Source: Acutalibacteraceae bacterium
Lineage (GTDB): Bacteria; Bacillota; Clostridia; Oscillospirales; Acutalibacteraceae
Direction: 5' to 3'
DNA length: 51,949 nt
Assembly (NCBI GenBank): GCA_045535275.1
Contig: JAZSLH010000049.1
Coordinates: 1 to 51,949 of the forward strand
Shown here: piece by piece, positions 36,271 to 44,393 of the stretch
Layout: each line of letters starts with the position of its first letter
Position numbering within the stretch: the stretch's first letter is position 1
Translations under genes and position numbers: made by a program
The notes under the pieces: model-generated
The model's input: only the letters and a program-made list of their open reading frames with translations
Databases searched by the model: none
Told to the model about the DNA's origin: nothing

Positions 36271-37308
36271 ATGAATTATAAAACTATTATTACGGCAGCA
36301 GTAATTACTTGCTTTGCGGTTTGTCTTGTAGTCTTTCCGTCGGGCGCAACAAGCGGTGCATTATTCGGGCTTAACCTTTGTTACTTGGTAATAATTCCGT
36401 CACTGTTTCCATTTATGGTATGTTCTCTAATTCTCTTTCAAACAAAAATTCTTACGAAGTTTGCTGAAAAACTTGAATTTATTACTTTACCTCTGCTTTC
36501 GTTAAGTTCTGAATGCTTCTCTGTTTTTTTGTTATCACTTATAGGTGGGTTTCCTGTTGGCGCTAAACTAATCGAACACCTTTATGTAGAGAAAGAGATT
36601 TCGAAAAGCACCGCTGAACTAATGCTTGGATACTGTGTAAACTCGGGACCGTCATTTATAGTAATTACTGTTGGCGTCGGCATTTTATCAAACAAGACTC
36701 TAGGATTTGTTCTTCTTGCTTCAAGCATAATTTCATCATTATTCGTCGCTTTAGTTTGCTCAAGATTTATAAAACCACAATACTACTATTCAAACAAAAA
36801 AACAGAAAAGTTTATAATAAGCGAAACTCTGATAAAATCAACCTACGACGCGACAACATCAATTATAAATATATGCGCCTTCGTTGTGCTTTTTTCAACA
36901 ATTATTGGGCTTATAAATTCATATTTTGATGAGAATATTGTGTTCCGCAGTATTTTACCTTTTCTTGAAATTACAAACGGGATAAAATACTCTTCTCATA
37001 ATATATACCTAATATCATTTCTTATCGGGTTTGCAGGGATATGTGTTCATTTTCAAGTTTTATCCTCTTGCAAATCACTTCAGATAAATTATATAAAATT
37101 TTTAATATTCAGAATTTTTCACGGGCTTGTATGTACCACTTCGACATATATAATCACTAAAATATTTAAGGTATCGGTAGAAACGATTTCACTAAACAAC
37201 TCAATAGATTTTGAGCCGACAAGATATACTTTTTTGTTCGGTATATCTTTTATTGCTCTTTCGTATTTGTTTATTTTAGCAACAAAAAAAAATTCAAAAA
37301 TTATATAG
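36271..37308 (+). CDS. ylbJ: YlbJ-like sporulation integral membrane protein (nucleoside-recognition/Gate domain)
   Basis: Polytopic. IPSLFPFMV and GGFPVGAKL...EKEISKSTAELM match the YlbJ FPSLLPFF and GAKL...EAE regions. Confidence 0.6.
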   Translation: MNYKTIITAAVITCFAVCLVVFPSGATSGALFGLNLCYLVIIPSLFPFMVCSLILFQTKILTKFAEKLEFITLPLLSLSSECFSVFLLSLIGGFPVGAKLIEHLYVEKEISKSTAELMLGYCVNSGPSFIVITVGVGILSNKTLGFVLLASSIISSLFVALVCSRFIKPQYYYSNKKTEKFIISETLIKSTYDATTSIINICAFVVLFSTIIGLINSYFDENIVFRSILPFLEITNGIKYSSHNIYLISFLIGFAGICVHFQVLSSCKSLQINYIKFLIFRIFHGLVCTTSTYIITKIFKVSVETISLNNSIDFEPTRYTFLFGISFIALSYLFILATKKNSKII

Positions 37309-37350
37309 CATTTTTAGTAAATTTCTGTTATAATGTTTTCGGGTGATATA

Positions 37351-37566
37351 ATGAATAAACTCAAATTTGAGAAAAATAAGTCGAAATATTGTTTATATTG
37401 TATTCATGCAAAGCCCCTTGAATATACAGACGAAGTCTTTTGTGTCAAGAAGGGTTTTGTTGACAAATTCTCAAAATGTATGAAATACAAATATGACCCG
37501 CTTAAACGCAAACCCGAAACTAAAACAGTAACCTCTAAATATAGTGCAGACGATTTTAAACTATAA
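37351..37566 (+). CDS. Hypothetical Cys4 mini-protein (71 aa)
   Basis: MNKLKFEKNKSKYCLYCIHA...FCVKKG...SKCMKYKYDPLKRKP. Extended -10 element TGTTATAAT at 37326-37334 overlaps the upstream ATG, so ATG 37351 (after GGGTGA) is preferred. A 12-bp terminator stem follows. Confidence 0.45.
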   Translation: MNKLKFEKNKSKYCLYCIHAKPLEYTDEVFCVKKGFVDKFSKCMKYKYDPLKRKPETKTVTSKYSADDFKL

Positions 37567-37568
37567 AT

Positions 37569-37600
37569 AAACGGTGCAAATGATTTGCACCGTTTATTTT
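37569..37600. terminator. Terminator between the convergent Cys4 gene and the XRE-TM gene
   Basis: AAACGGTGCAAA-TGA-TTTGCACCGTTT (12-bp stem, 37569-37595) followed by ATTTTTATTT. Confidence 0.8.
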
Positions 37601-38472
37601 TATTTATGGAAGTATAGTTGCTTTTGCTCGTCAATTTCAAATTCTAATTTTTCAAAACTCCCGTCCTTATGAAGTTTATTCATTTCTTTAATTACAGACT
37701 TAGAAAATAATTCTTTCATATCTTCCGTGTAATAGCCGTCTCTTGGAAACCTGCTTTCTTCAACAGTAAAACTATTCTTGTTCTCATTCTCTTTAACAGT
37801 AAATTTAAACGGCATTGAAAAAGCACTATATTCTAAAACTTCATTATTCTTTAAATAACACTGTTTTTCAAGAACCCAAGCGTAAACATTATATTTTCCT
37901 TTAGTATCAACATTTTCAATTAGATATGTCTTAATGGCAACAAATGTTTTCACACCGTCTTCGTGCTTTTCTTCATTATCTCCTTGCACAACAAGGTAAT
38001 TTTTTATCGCATATTCAATTTCTTCATCTTGTAAATCTATAGGCGGTGTATAATCAATTCCCCATGTGCTGAAAAATACAGGTTTGTTGTTCCTCATTCT
38101 ATCTACATCGATAGCAAAAAGGGTTGAAATAAGGGTTATAACAAATGCAATACTTGCTAAAATAAAAATAAAAATGACTTTTGTTTTAATTAACTTATTT
38201 CTAGAATATGTTAAGGTATTTACGATATTTTCTTCGGCTTTATCAGTAAGTTGTTCGTTTGAAATTCTTTCTCCAGAAAACAATTCATTAACCGATATTG
38301 ATAAAGCATCACAAAGCGGTTTTATGAGTGAAATTTCAGGCATTCCCCTGCCGTTTTCCCATTTTGAAATTGCACGGTCGGTAACCCCTAACATGTTTGC
38401 TAAATCAAGTTGTGTCATATTTCGCTCTTTTCGAATTTGAGCAATAAATTTTCCAATCTTTATCTGGTCCAT
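37600..38472 (-). CDS. Membrane-anchored XRE-family HTH transcriptional regulator
   Basis: N-terminal HTH_3 (RKERNMTQLDLANMLGVTDRAISKWENGRGMP), a TM helix (VIFIFILASIAFVITLISTLFAI), and an extracytoplasmic domain of about 170 aa from no family I recognise. Confidence 0.75.
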   Translation of the reverse strand: MDQIKIGKFIAQIRKERNMTQLDLANMLGVTDRAISKWENGRGMPEISLIKPLCDALSISVNELFSGERISNEQLTDKAEENIVNTLTYSRNKLIKTKVIFIFILASIAFVITLISTLFAIDVDRMRNNKPVFFSTWGIDYTPPIDLQDEEIEYAIKNYLVVQGDNEEKHEDGVKTFVAIKTYLIENVDTKGKYNVYAWVLEKQCYLKNNEVLEYSAFSMPFKFTVKENENKNSFTVEESRFPRDGYYTEDMKELFSKSVIKEMNKLHKDGSFEKLEFEIDEQKQLYFHK

Positions 38473-38571
38473 TATTTGTATCCACTCCTTGTATTTATAT
38501 TAACATACATTTAGATTAAAATAAACAAACGAATTGTAGAGTTAAGTAATCAATATTAAATATATTATTAT

Positions 38572-38606
38572 AAAATAAAAAAGAGGACGCCACTTTCGGC
38601 GTCTTC
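38572..38606 (-). terminator. Intrinsic terminator after tRNA-Arg
   Basis: Minus strand GAAGACGCC-GAAAGT-GGCGTCCTC (one A-C mismatch) followed by TTTTTTATTTT. Confidence 0.7.
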
Positions 38607-38612
38607 TTTCTT

Positions 38613-38689
38613 TGGCGCGCTTGGAGGGACTCGAACCCCCGACCTACCGCTTAGAAGGCGGTTGCTCTATCCGGCTGAGCTACAAACGC
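38613..38689 (-). tRNA. tRNA-Arg (anticodon TCT)
   Basis: 77 nt, folded by hand into a cloverleaf: acceptor GCGTTTG/CAAGCGC, D arm GCTC..GAGC, anticodon stem ACCGC/GCGGT with loop CTTCTAA, T arm GGGGG-TTCGAGT-CCCTC, encoded CCA. Confidence 0.9.
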
Positions 38690-38694
38690 ATTCA

Positions 38695-38720
38695 TATAAA
38701 AAACCCCATAAACTATGGGG
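38695..38720 (-). terminator. Terminator-like hairpin between tRNA-Gly and tRNA-Arg
   Basis: Minus strand CCCCATA-GTT-TATGGGG followed by TTTTTTAT. Confidence 0.5.
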
Positions 38721-38728
38721 TTTTACCG

Positions 38729-38803
38729 TGGAGCGGGTGATGGGAATCGAACCCACGTCTCCAGCTTGGAAGGCTGGCATTCTAGCCGTTGAACAACACC
38801 CGC
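38729..38803 (-). tRNA. tRNA-Gly (anticodon TCC)
   Basis: 75 nt: acceptor GCGGGTG/CACCCGC, anticodon stem CCAGC/GCTGG with loop CTTCCAA, T arm GTGGG-TTCGATT-CCCAT, encoded CCA. Confidence 0.9.
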
Positions 38804-38807
38804 ATAT

Positions 38808-38847
38808 CTTACGGCAAGAAGTATATTACCACATTTCTTGCCGTAAG
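38808..38847. repeat. Perfect 13-bp inverted repeat CTTACGGCAAGAA-14 nt-TTCTTGCCGTAAG
   Basis: Arms at 38808-38820 and 38835-38847, read directly. It spans the predicted tRNA promoter. Confidence 0.9.
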
Positions 38848-38851
38848 TCAA
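38823..38851 (-). promoter_or_regulatory. Candidate sigma-A promoter of the tRNA-Gly/tRNA-Arg unit
   Basis: Minus strand reads TTGACT (38851-38846), 17 nt, TAATAT (38828-38823), about 20 nt upstream of the mature tRNA-Gly 5' end. Confidence 0.5.
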
Positions 38852-38862
38852 CACTTTTTTAA

Positions 38863-41130
38863 TTATTTTTCAGAAAATATAAGTTCGCCATTTTTAACAG
38901 AAACATTGATTTCTTTTAAGGTATCTTCGCCCTTGTCAATAATAATGTCAACAACTTTGTCTTCAATCTTTTTACGTATATTGTTTCTTAAATCTCTTGC
39001 TCCTGCTTTACCGTTTTTACTTATGTCTGCAATATATTCACAGACCTTATCATTAAAGGTTAAAACAATTCCTTTTTCATCTAAAACAGAGTTTAAATCC
39101 GAAAGCATAAGCCTTGCAATTTTAACCATGCTTTCCCTATCAAGTTTTGAAAAAGCGACAATTTCGTCAATTCGGGCAATAAATTCAGGACGTAAAAACT
39201 CCTCTAATGCAGAAATCGCCTTTTCCTTTGAAGACTCATTCTCACTTTTGCCAAACCCCATAAGATTTTCTTTGTTGTGACTGCCTGCATTTGAGGTCAT
39301 AACAATAATAGTGTTTTCAAAATTGACTGTTCTGCCTTGCGCGTCGGAAATTCGTCCGTCATCAAGAATTTGAAGCAGTATATTAAGAACATCAGGATGC
39401 GCCTTCTCAATTTCATCAAAAAGAACAACCGAATAAGGTCGGCGTCTTATTTTCTCTGTGAGTTGTCCCGCATCATCATAACCAACATATCCGGGAGGCG
39501 CTCCAATAAGTTTTGATACTGAATGTTTCTCCATAAATTCAGACATATCAAAACGGATTAGTGTTTCGGGGGTATCAAAAAGTTGTTCAGACAAAACTTT
39601 AACAAGTTCCGTTTTACCCACACCCGTAGGACCAACGAAAATGAAAGAGGCAGGTTTTCTGTGAGGGGTGGTTTGAACTCTTGAACGTTTAACAGCGGCT
39701 GCTACTAATTTCGCAGCATTATCCTGCCCGATAATACGCTCCTTAATTTTATCTTCAAGAGTAACAAGTTTAACCAGGTCATTCTCAACAATTTTAGTTG
39801 CAGGAATTCCTGTCCATAATTCAATTACCTTTGCGATATCGTCTTCTGTCACTGCATTATTAGAAGCCGGTTCATAAAGACCGTTTGCAATATTCTTGTA
39901 CTTCGTAAGTTCGGTCTTAATTCGAGCCTGTTCTTCGTAATTCGGGTTATCAACCTCTGATTCAAGTCGTTCAAGTTCAATCTGATATTCAGCAATTTTC
40001 TTATTCGCTTTATAAAGTTCGTCGACCGCCGAATTTGCAAGACTTGCACAGGCACAAGCCTCATCTAAAAGGTCAATCGCTTTGTCGGGTAAATATCTGT
40101 CACAAACATATCTTTCAGATAATAACACAATTTTCTTAATGAGCGTATCGTCAACAGTTACATTATGAAATCCTTCATAGTAACCTTTCACACCTTTAAG
40201 AATTTTAATAGAATCTTCAACTGAATTTTCTTCAATAATTACCGGTTGAAAACGACGCTCTAAAGCACTGTCCTTTTCAATGTGTTTACGGTATTCTTTA
40301 AGGGTAGTTGCTCCTATAACTTGAATTTCGCCACGAGAAAGGGCAGGTTTTAAAATATTAGCGGCATTCATAGAGCCTTCAGCGGAATCACCCGCACCGA
40401 CAAGATTGTGAACCTCATCAATGAACAAAATAATATTCCCGTCATTTTTAATTTCTTCAACTAAACCCTTAACTCTGCTTTCAAACTGGCCTCTGAACTG
40501 TGTTCCGGCAACAAGAGCGGTTAGGTCAAGAAGCATAATTTGTTTATCAAGAAGACGGGCAGGGGCAGTCTTGTTGGCAATTTTAATTGCCAGTCCTTCT
40601 GCTATAGCGGTTTTGCCAACGCCCGGTTCGCCAATAAGGCAGGGATTGTTTTTTGACCTTCTGGAAAGAATTTGAATAGTTCTGTAGAGTTCGTTTTCTC
40701 TTCCAATAATAACATCAAATTTCCCTTCTTTAGCACGCTGTGTCAGGTTGGTACAATATTGGTCGAGAAAACGGCGTTTTTTCGCCTTAGGTTCTTTTTT
40801 GCTCTTTTGTTTGTTATCGGTTCCGTCGTCAGACTGATTTTCATCATCTTCATCAACTGTTCCAAAAACATTGCTTAAAAAAGGAAAAGCAGGGGCGGTT
40901 CCAAAATCTATTTCATCGGGATTGTCGCCCATTATCTCCATAAATTGATTTGTAATCTGTTCAATATCATCTTCGCTTATATTCATATTTTTAAACATAT
41001 CATCAACGGGCTTTATACCCATTTCCTTCGCACAATTTAAACAAAGACCCTGCGGAGGATTTGAGGGAGCATTCTGGTCAGATATAAAAACCATAGCAGG
41101 TCTTTTCTTGCACTTATCACATAATTTCAT
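38863..41130 (-). CDS. clpE: Two-ring AAA+ Clp ATPase with N-terminal zinc ribbon (ClpE-like)
   Basis: N-terminal CDKC...CLNC, an acidic/basic linker, D1 GEPGVGKTA, D2 GPTGVGKTE, and an MGFG loop resembling the ClpP-docking tripeptide. No Clp_N repeat domain is evident. Confidence 0.8.
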   Translation of the reverse strand: MKLCDKCKKRPAMVFISDQNAPSNPPQGLCLNCAKEMGIKPVDDMFKNMNISEDDIEQITNQFMEIMGDNPDEIDFGTAPAFPFLSNVFGTVDEDDENQSDDGTDNKQKSKKEPKAKKRRFLDQYCTNLTQRAKEGKFDVIIGRENELYRTIQILSRRSKNNPCLIGEPGVGKTAIAEGLAIKIANKTAPARLLDKQIMLLDLTALVAGTQFRGQFESRVKGLVEEIKNDGNIILFIDEVHNLVGAGDSAEGSMNAANILKPALSRGEIQVIGATTLKEYRKHIEKDSALERRFQPVIIEENSVEDSIKILKGVKGYYEGFHNVTVDDTLIKKIVLLSERYVCDRYLPDKAIDLLDEACACASLANSAVDELYKANKKIAEYQIELERLESEVDNPNYEEQARIKTELTKYKNIANGLYEPASNNAVTEDDIAKVIELWTGIPATKIVENDLVKLVTLEDKIKERIIGQDNAAKLVAAAVKRSRVQTTPHRKPASFIFVGPTGVGKTELVKVLSEQLFDTPETLIRFDMSEFMEKHSVSKLIGAPPGYVGYDDAGQLTEKIRRRPYSVVLFDEIEKAHPDVLNILLQILDDGRISDAQGRTVNFENTIIVMTSNAGSHNKENLMGFGKSENESSKEKAISALEEFLRPEFIARIDEIVAFSKLDRESMVKIARLMLSDLNSVLDEKGIVLTFNDKVCEYIADISKNGKAGARDLRNNIRKKIEDKVVDIIIDKGEDTLKEINVSVKNGELIFSEK

Positions 41131-41135
41131 TAAAA

Positions 41136-41693
41136 CTATTCTCCTTTTACATCGCTATGAAACAGTTTAAAATAACCCGTAACAGAAATAATCATACAAA
41201 TAATAGAACACACGCTAAGTATGTACATCGGGAACTCTACAATACCAAAAATATCAAATAAAAGAGTATATACCATAGTTAAGAAAATTACTACAGTTGA
41301 AAGTTTTCCGAACCATTTCGAAGAAATTGGCTTTGTACCCTTTGAAAGCAAATGAATTGCAAAAAATAAAGTCAGCAATTCTTTTACAAAGAGAACAGAA
41401 AACATTGGAAGAATTGCAAGAGGGTGCACTATTCCAAGCGACAGTATAACTGTTGCTTGAGTTAATTTATCGGCAATAGGGTCAAGAACCTTTCCTAAAT
41501 CAGACACCATATTGAAATGCCTTGCAATAAAACCGTCTACAACATCGCTTAATCCGCTTACAAGAACAATAATTACAGCAATATAAATGTATTTTATATC
41601 ATTTATACCCTTAAAATACGAAATGACAAAAAACGGTATCAAGATAAGTCTGAACATTGAAATGATGTTTGGTATTGTAAAAATATTCTTCAT
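41136..41693 (-). CDS. pgsA: CDP-alcohol phosphatidyltransferase (PgsA-like)
   Basis: DGFIARHFNMVSDLGKVLDPIADK matches the D-x2-DG-x2-AR-x8-G-x3-D-x3-D motif. 185 aa, polytopic. Confidence 0.8.
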   Translation of the reverse strand: MKNIFTIPNIISMFRLILIPFFVISYFKGINDIKYIYIAVIIVLVSGLSDVVDGFIARHFNMVSDLGKVLDPIADKLTQATVILSLGIVHPLAILPMFSVLFVKELLTLFFAIHLLSKGTKPISSKWFGKLSTVVIFLTMVYTLLFDIFGIVEFPMYILSVCSIICMIISVTGYFKLFHSDVKGE

Positions 41694-41710
41694 TTAAATT
41701 TCCCCGCCCT

Positions 41711-42376
41711 TTATAACGTTATTGAACAAATATCAAGTAAAAAACTACAAATATACGAACTGTCTATCATATTTTTATCTATAGTCTGAATTCCCAAAAA
41801 ACCGCTTGACGCAATAAAAGCAACAAGTATACAAAAAAGTACCGAAAATACCAGCCCTTTTGCACCGCCAAGCAAAGCACCTAGAAAAGTATTTGCGTTG
41901 CCGAAGACAGTTTCGCTGATTTTGAAATTTATTCGTTTTGCTAAAGTCCTGAAAATAAAGGATAATAAAGCAAAAATGCATATTGTAAAGAAAGTTCTTA
42001 TTGTGTTTAGTATATAAGGTTTCACGCTATCTACGATTAAAACTGCCGATGAAGCCGCATCACTATTTACTGAATTTTCTAGAAATTCTTTATTGAAGCC
42101 GACAAAACTCGACAGATTAAGAACAAAATTAGGAATAGTTTCAATAACATTATTGCCTACATCCTGAAGTGAGTCTGTTATATATTCAATAAGACCGGGT
42201 TGCACTAATTCATTAAATATAAAATTGGAAAGATAGACCGAAATAAACAAGGCGGTAATTATTGAAATTATATATCCAACAAGGCCGATAAAGGTTCTTG
42301 CAAACCCCTTTCTAGCAGATAAGACAGCAAAAAACAAAACGATAAGAACAATTATTATATCAAGAATAATCCCCAC
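41711..42376 (-). CDS. cvpA: CvpA-family membrane protein
   Basis: N-terminus ILDIIIVLIVLFFAVLSARKGFARTF is typical of colicin V production protein homologues. Four TM helices. Confidence 0.7.
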   Translation of the reverse strand: MGIILDIIIVLIVLFFAVLSARKGFARTFIGLVGYIISIITALFISVYLSNFIFNELVQPGLIEYITDSLQDVGNNVIETIPNFVLNLSSFVGFNKEFLENSVNSDAASSAVLIVDSVKPYILNTIRTFFTICIFALLSFIFRTLAKRINFKISETVFGNANTFLGALLGGAKGLVFSVLFCILVAFIASSGFLGIQTIDKNMIDSSYICSFLLDICSITL

Positions 42377-42377
42377 G

Positions 42378-43661
42378 TTAGTCCTCCGCTTTTTTCAAAA
42401 CACATTTTTCAATGACAGAACTTCTTATGCAAGCCACACTGCTGTCTGAAATTACTTCAACAAATAAAGCATCGTAATTTACATCAGCAACCTCTAATAA
42501 TTTACCTTTTATATTATACTTATAAACGTTTGACTGTCCAAGAAGGTATAATCTACCAGATTTATACGAAAAATCAGTTATATTGTTATCAACTTCAAAA
42601 GATGAGACCAATTTCCCTTTTCGGTTAAAAATTTCAACGACGCAATGATTTTGATTGGCCGCAACCGAGCGAAGCGCAATTGTTCGGTCTTTGAATTGTT
42701 TAATCAAATTAACCGAATACTCGGATTCATGTGTTATTGCCGTTTCTTTTTTAAAGTTCAAAAATTCAATTTTATTATCTAAAACAGCAAAGAAACCACT
42801 GTTTTTGCTTTCAACTAACTGATAAACGATTTTGTCAGAATATGCTCTTTGCATAATAGGTGTTGCGGAATCATATTTAAAAATATATACGTGAGAAACA
42901 AAATTTCCACTCTCTACTTTTACAGTTGACACCGCAAGAGTTTTTCCGTTTTTAAGCAAAGAAACTGAAGTAATAGTTTCGTCAGAAGAAAACCATTCAA
43001 AAACTTTCTTATTCTTTTTATTGAAAACCGAAACCGAAGAATCATATCCGTCAGCCTTTGTTGCAACGGCAAAATATCCCGAATCGGAAATATCAGCACA
43101 AATTATTCCGTGGTCAAATTTTGCGGAATACAAATTATCTGAATATGTTGCAACCGTGAGTTCTGGTTCTCCTTGGTCATAGAACAGATATCGTGTTTCG
43201 CTTTTTCTGACCACAGGCTTTGAATAGGAATGATTTTTTTCAAAAATAACCTTTCCGTCAGTATTATAGCAATTTACCGTGCTGTCGGTAACTATAAAAT
43301 AAACATCGTTACCAGAAATAGTATATTGCGGTTTTCCCCCCTCGATATCAATTTCATAGCCACCTGACGAACCGCTGGTTGAAAAAATAGTTTTAAAATA
43401 CTCAACCGCACCCACAGGATGGGATAAAGAAATAAGTAAGTAGGAAGAAAATATAAATACTGCAACTGCCGCAAGAAGAGCAATTACTCTGTTTTTAATT
43501 ATGTTTGACGAGCGTTTAGATGCCGTTCTTCTTTGCGAAGCAGACCTTTTTCGTTTCGAGAAAAAGCCGATTTCGTCATAGCCTTTTGCCGATTTTGCTT
43601 TTCTTCTAAACTTTGGCAACCTTATTAACTTTTTACGTCTTCTCTTTGCCATAAAATCCAC
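42378..43661 (-). CDS. Hypothetical membrane-anchored protein with polybasic N-terminal tail and beta-rich ectodomain (possibly DUF5711-like)
   Basis: An Arg/Lys-rich tail of about 55 aa (KRRRKKLIRLPKFRRKAKSAK...KRKRSASQRRTASKR), one TM helix (VIALLAAVAVFIFSSYLLISL), then about 350 aa of repetitive beta-strand-like sequence. Confidence 0.5.
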   Translation of the reverse strand: MDFMAKRRRKKLIRLPKFRRKAKSAKGYDEIGFFSKRKRSASQRRTASKRSSNIIKNRVIALLAAVAVFIFSSYLLISLSHPVGAVEYFKTIFSTSGSSGGYEIDIEGGKPQYTISGNDVYFIVTDSTVNCYNTDGKVIFEKNHSYSKPVVRKSETRYLFYDQGEPELTVATYSDNLYSAKFDHGIICADISDSGYFAVATKADGYDSSVSVFNKKNKKVFEWFSSDETITSVSLLKNGKTLAVSTVKVESGNFVSHVYIFKYDSATPIMQRAYSDKIVYQLVESKNSGFFAVLDNKIEFLNFKKETAITHESEYSVNLIKQFKDRTIALRSVAANQNHCVVEIFNRKGKLVSSFEVDNNITDFSYKSGRLYLLGQSNVYKYNIKGKLLEVADVNYDALFVEVISDSSVACIRSSVIEKCVLKKAED

Positions 43662-44393
43662 CTAATAAATTACTTTGTTTAAAAATAAACCTTCCGGAGG
43701 TGCTGTAATACCCGCTAAATTTCTATTTTTTGACTGAATAATGTTGAGAGCTGATTTTTCACAGATTTTACCGTCTGAGACTTGGACTGCAGTCCCAACA
43801 ATTATACGAACCATATTATACAGAAATCCGTCGGCAGTAACTGAAATTTCAATAATATCCCCTTTTTTCTCTGCTTTGCACTCTGTTATAGTTCGCACAG
43901 TATTGTCTACCGTTCTACCTGAAGAAGAAAATGCGACAAAATCGTGTGTGCCAACGAGTGAAGAAAGGAATCGGCTCATTTTATCAACATCAAGCCGTCT
44001 TGAAATCTGCCAGGAACGGTCAGAGATAAATGGGTTTGGGGTAGTGTTGTTATAAATTTTATAAACATAATTTTTACCTTTTGCAGAGTACCTGGCGTGA
44101 AAATTTTCATCTACCATTTTACAGTCAGATACTGCTATATCATTTGGCAGATAAGTATTAAGTGCTACAACAATTTTGTCTTCTGGGATGACCTGTTCAA
44201 CGTCAAAGTGACAGCAGAACTGTAAAGCGTGAACACCTGCGTCTGTTCGACTGCAACCGGTAACATTCGGTCTGAACTTATAGACACTTTCGAGAGCATC
44301 TTGAATTTTTTCTTGGACGGTAATTCCGTTTGGCTGAACCTGCCAACCGTGATAAGCGGTACCAAGATAAGAAATAGTTAATAAATATCTCAT
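43662..44393 (-). CDS. truA: tRNA pseudouridine(38-40) synthase TruA
   Basis: ISYLGTAYHGWQ.Q and the catalytic GCSRTDAGVHA motif. Confidence 0.9.
   Translation of the reverse strand: MRYLLTISYLGTAYHGWQVQPNGITVQEKIQDALESVYKFRPNVTGCSRTDAGVHALQFCCHFDVEQVIPEDKIVVALNTYLPNDIAVSDCKMVDENFHARYSAKGKNYVYKIYNNTTPNPFISDRSWQISRRLDVDKMSRFLSSLVGTHDFVAFSSSGRTVDNTVRTITECKAEKKGDIIEISVTADGFLYNMVRIIVGTAVQVSDGKICEKSALNIIQSKNRNLAGITAPPEGLFLNKVIY

Noticed and set aside
36199-36280. Sigma-E-like promoter for yqfC (TCATAAT ... CATACATT on the minus strand).
   Set aside because: The -10-like element is good, but the spacer is 16 nt rather than the expected 14, and the -35 would lie on the ylbJ-like start codon. This is too weak to call as a feature.
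36271-38689. Idea that the block next to tRNA-Arg is a tRNA-targeted genomic islet.
   Set aside because: No integrase or recombinase is present. I could find no direct repeat of the tRNA-Arg 3' end in 36199-38612. The ylbJ-like gene is a core sporulation gene.
38662-39280. Plus-strand ORFs 38662-38862 and 38789-39280.
   Set aside because: The first is a translation straight through the two antisense tRNA genes. The second is antisense to the ClpE-like gene and gives low-complexity Ser/Leu/Phe sequence. Neither has start signals.
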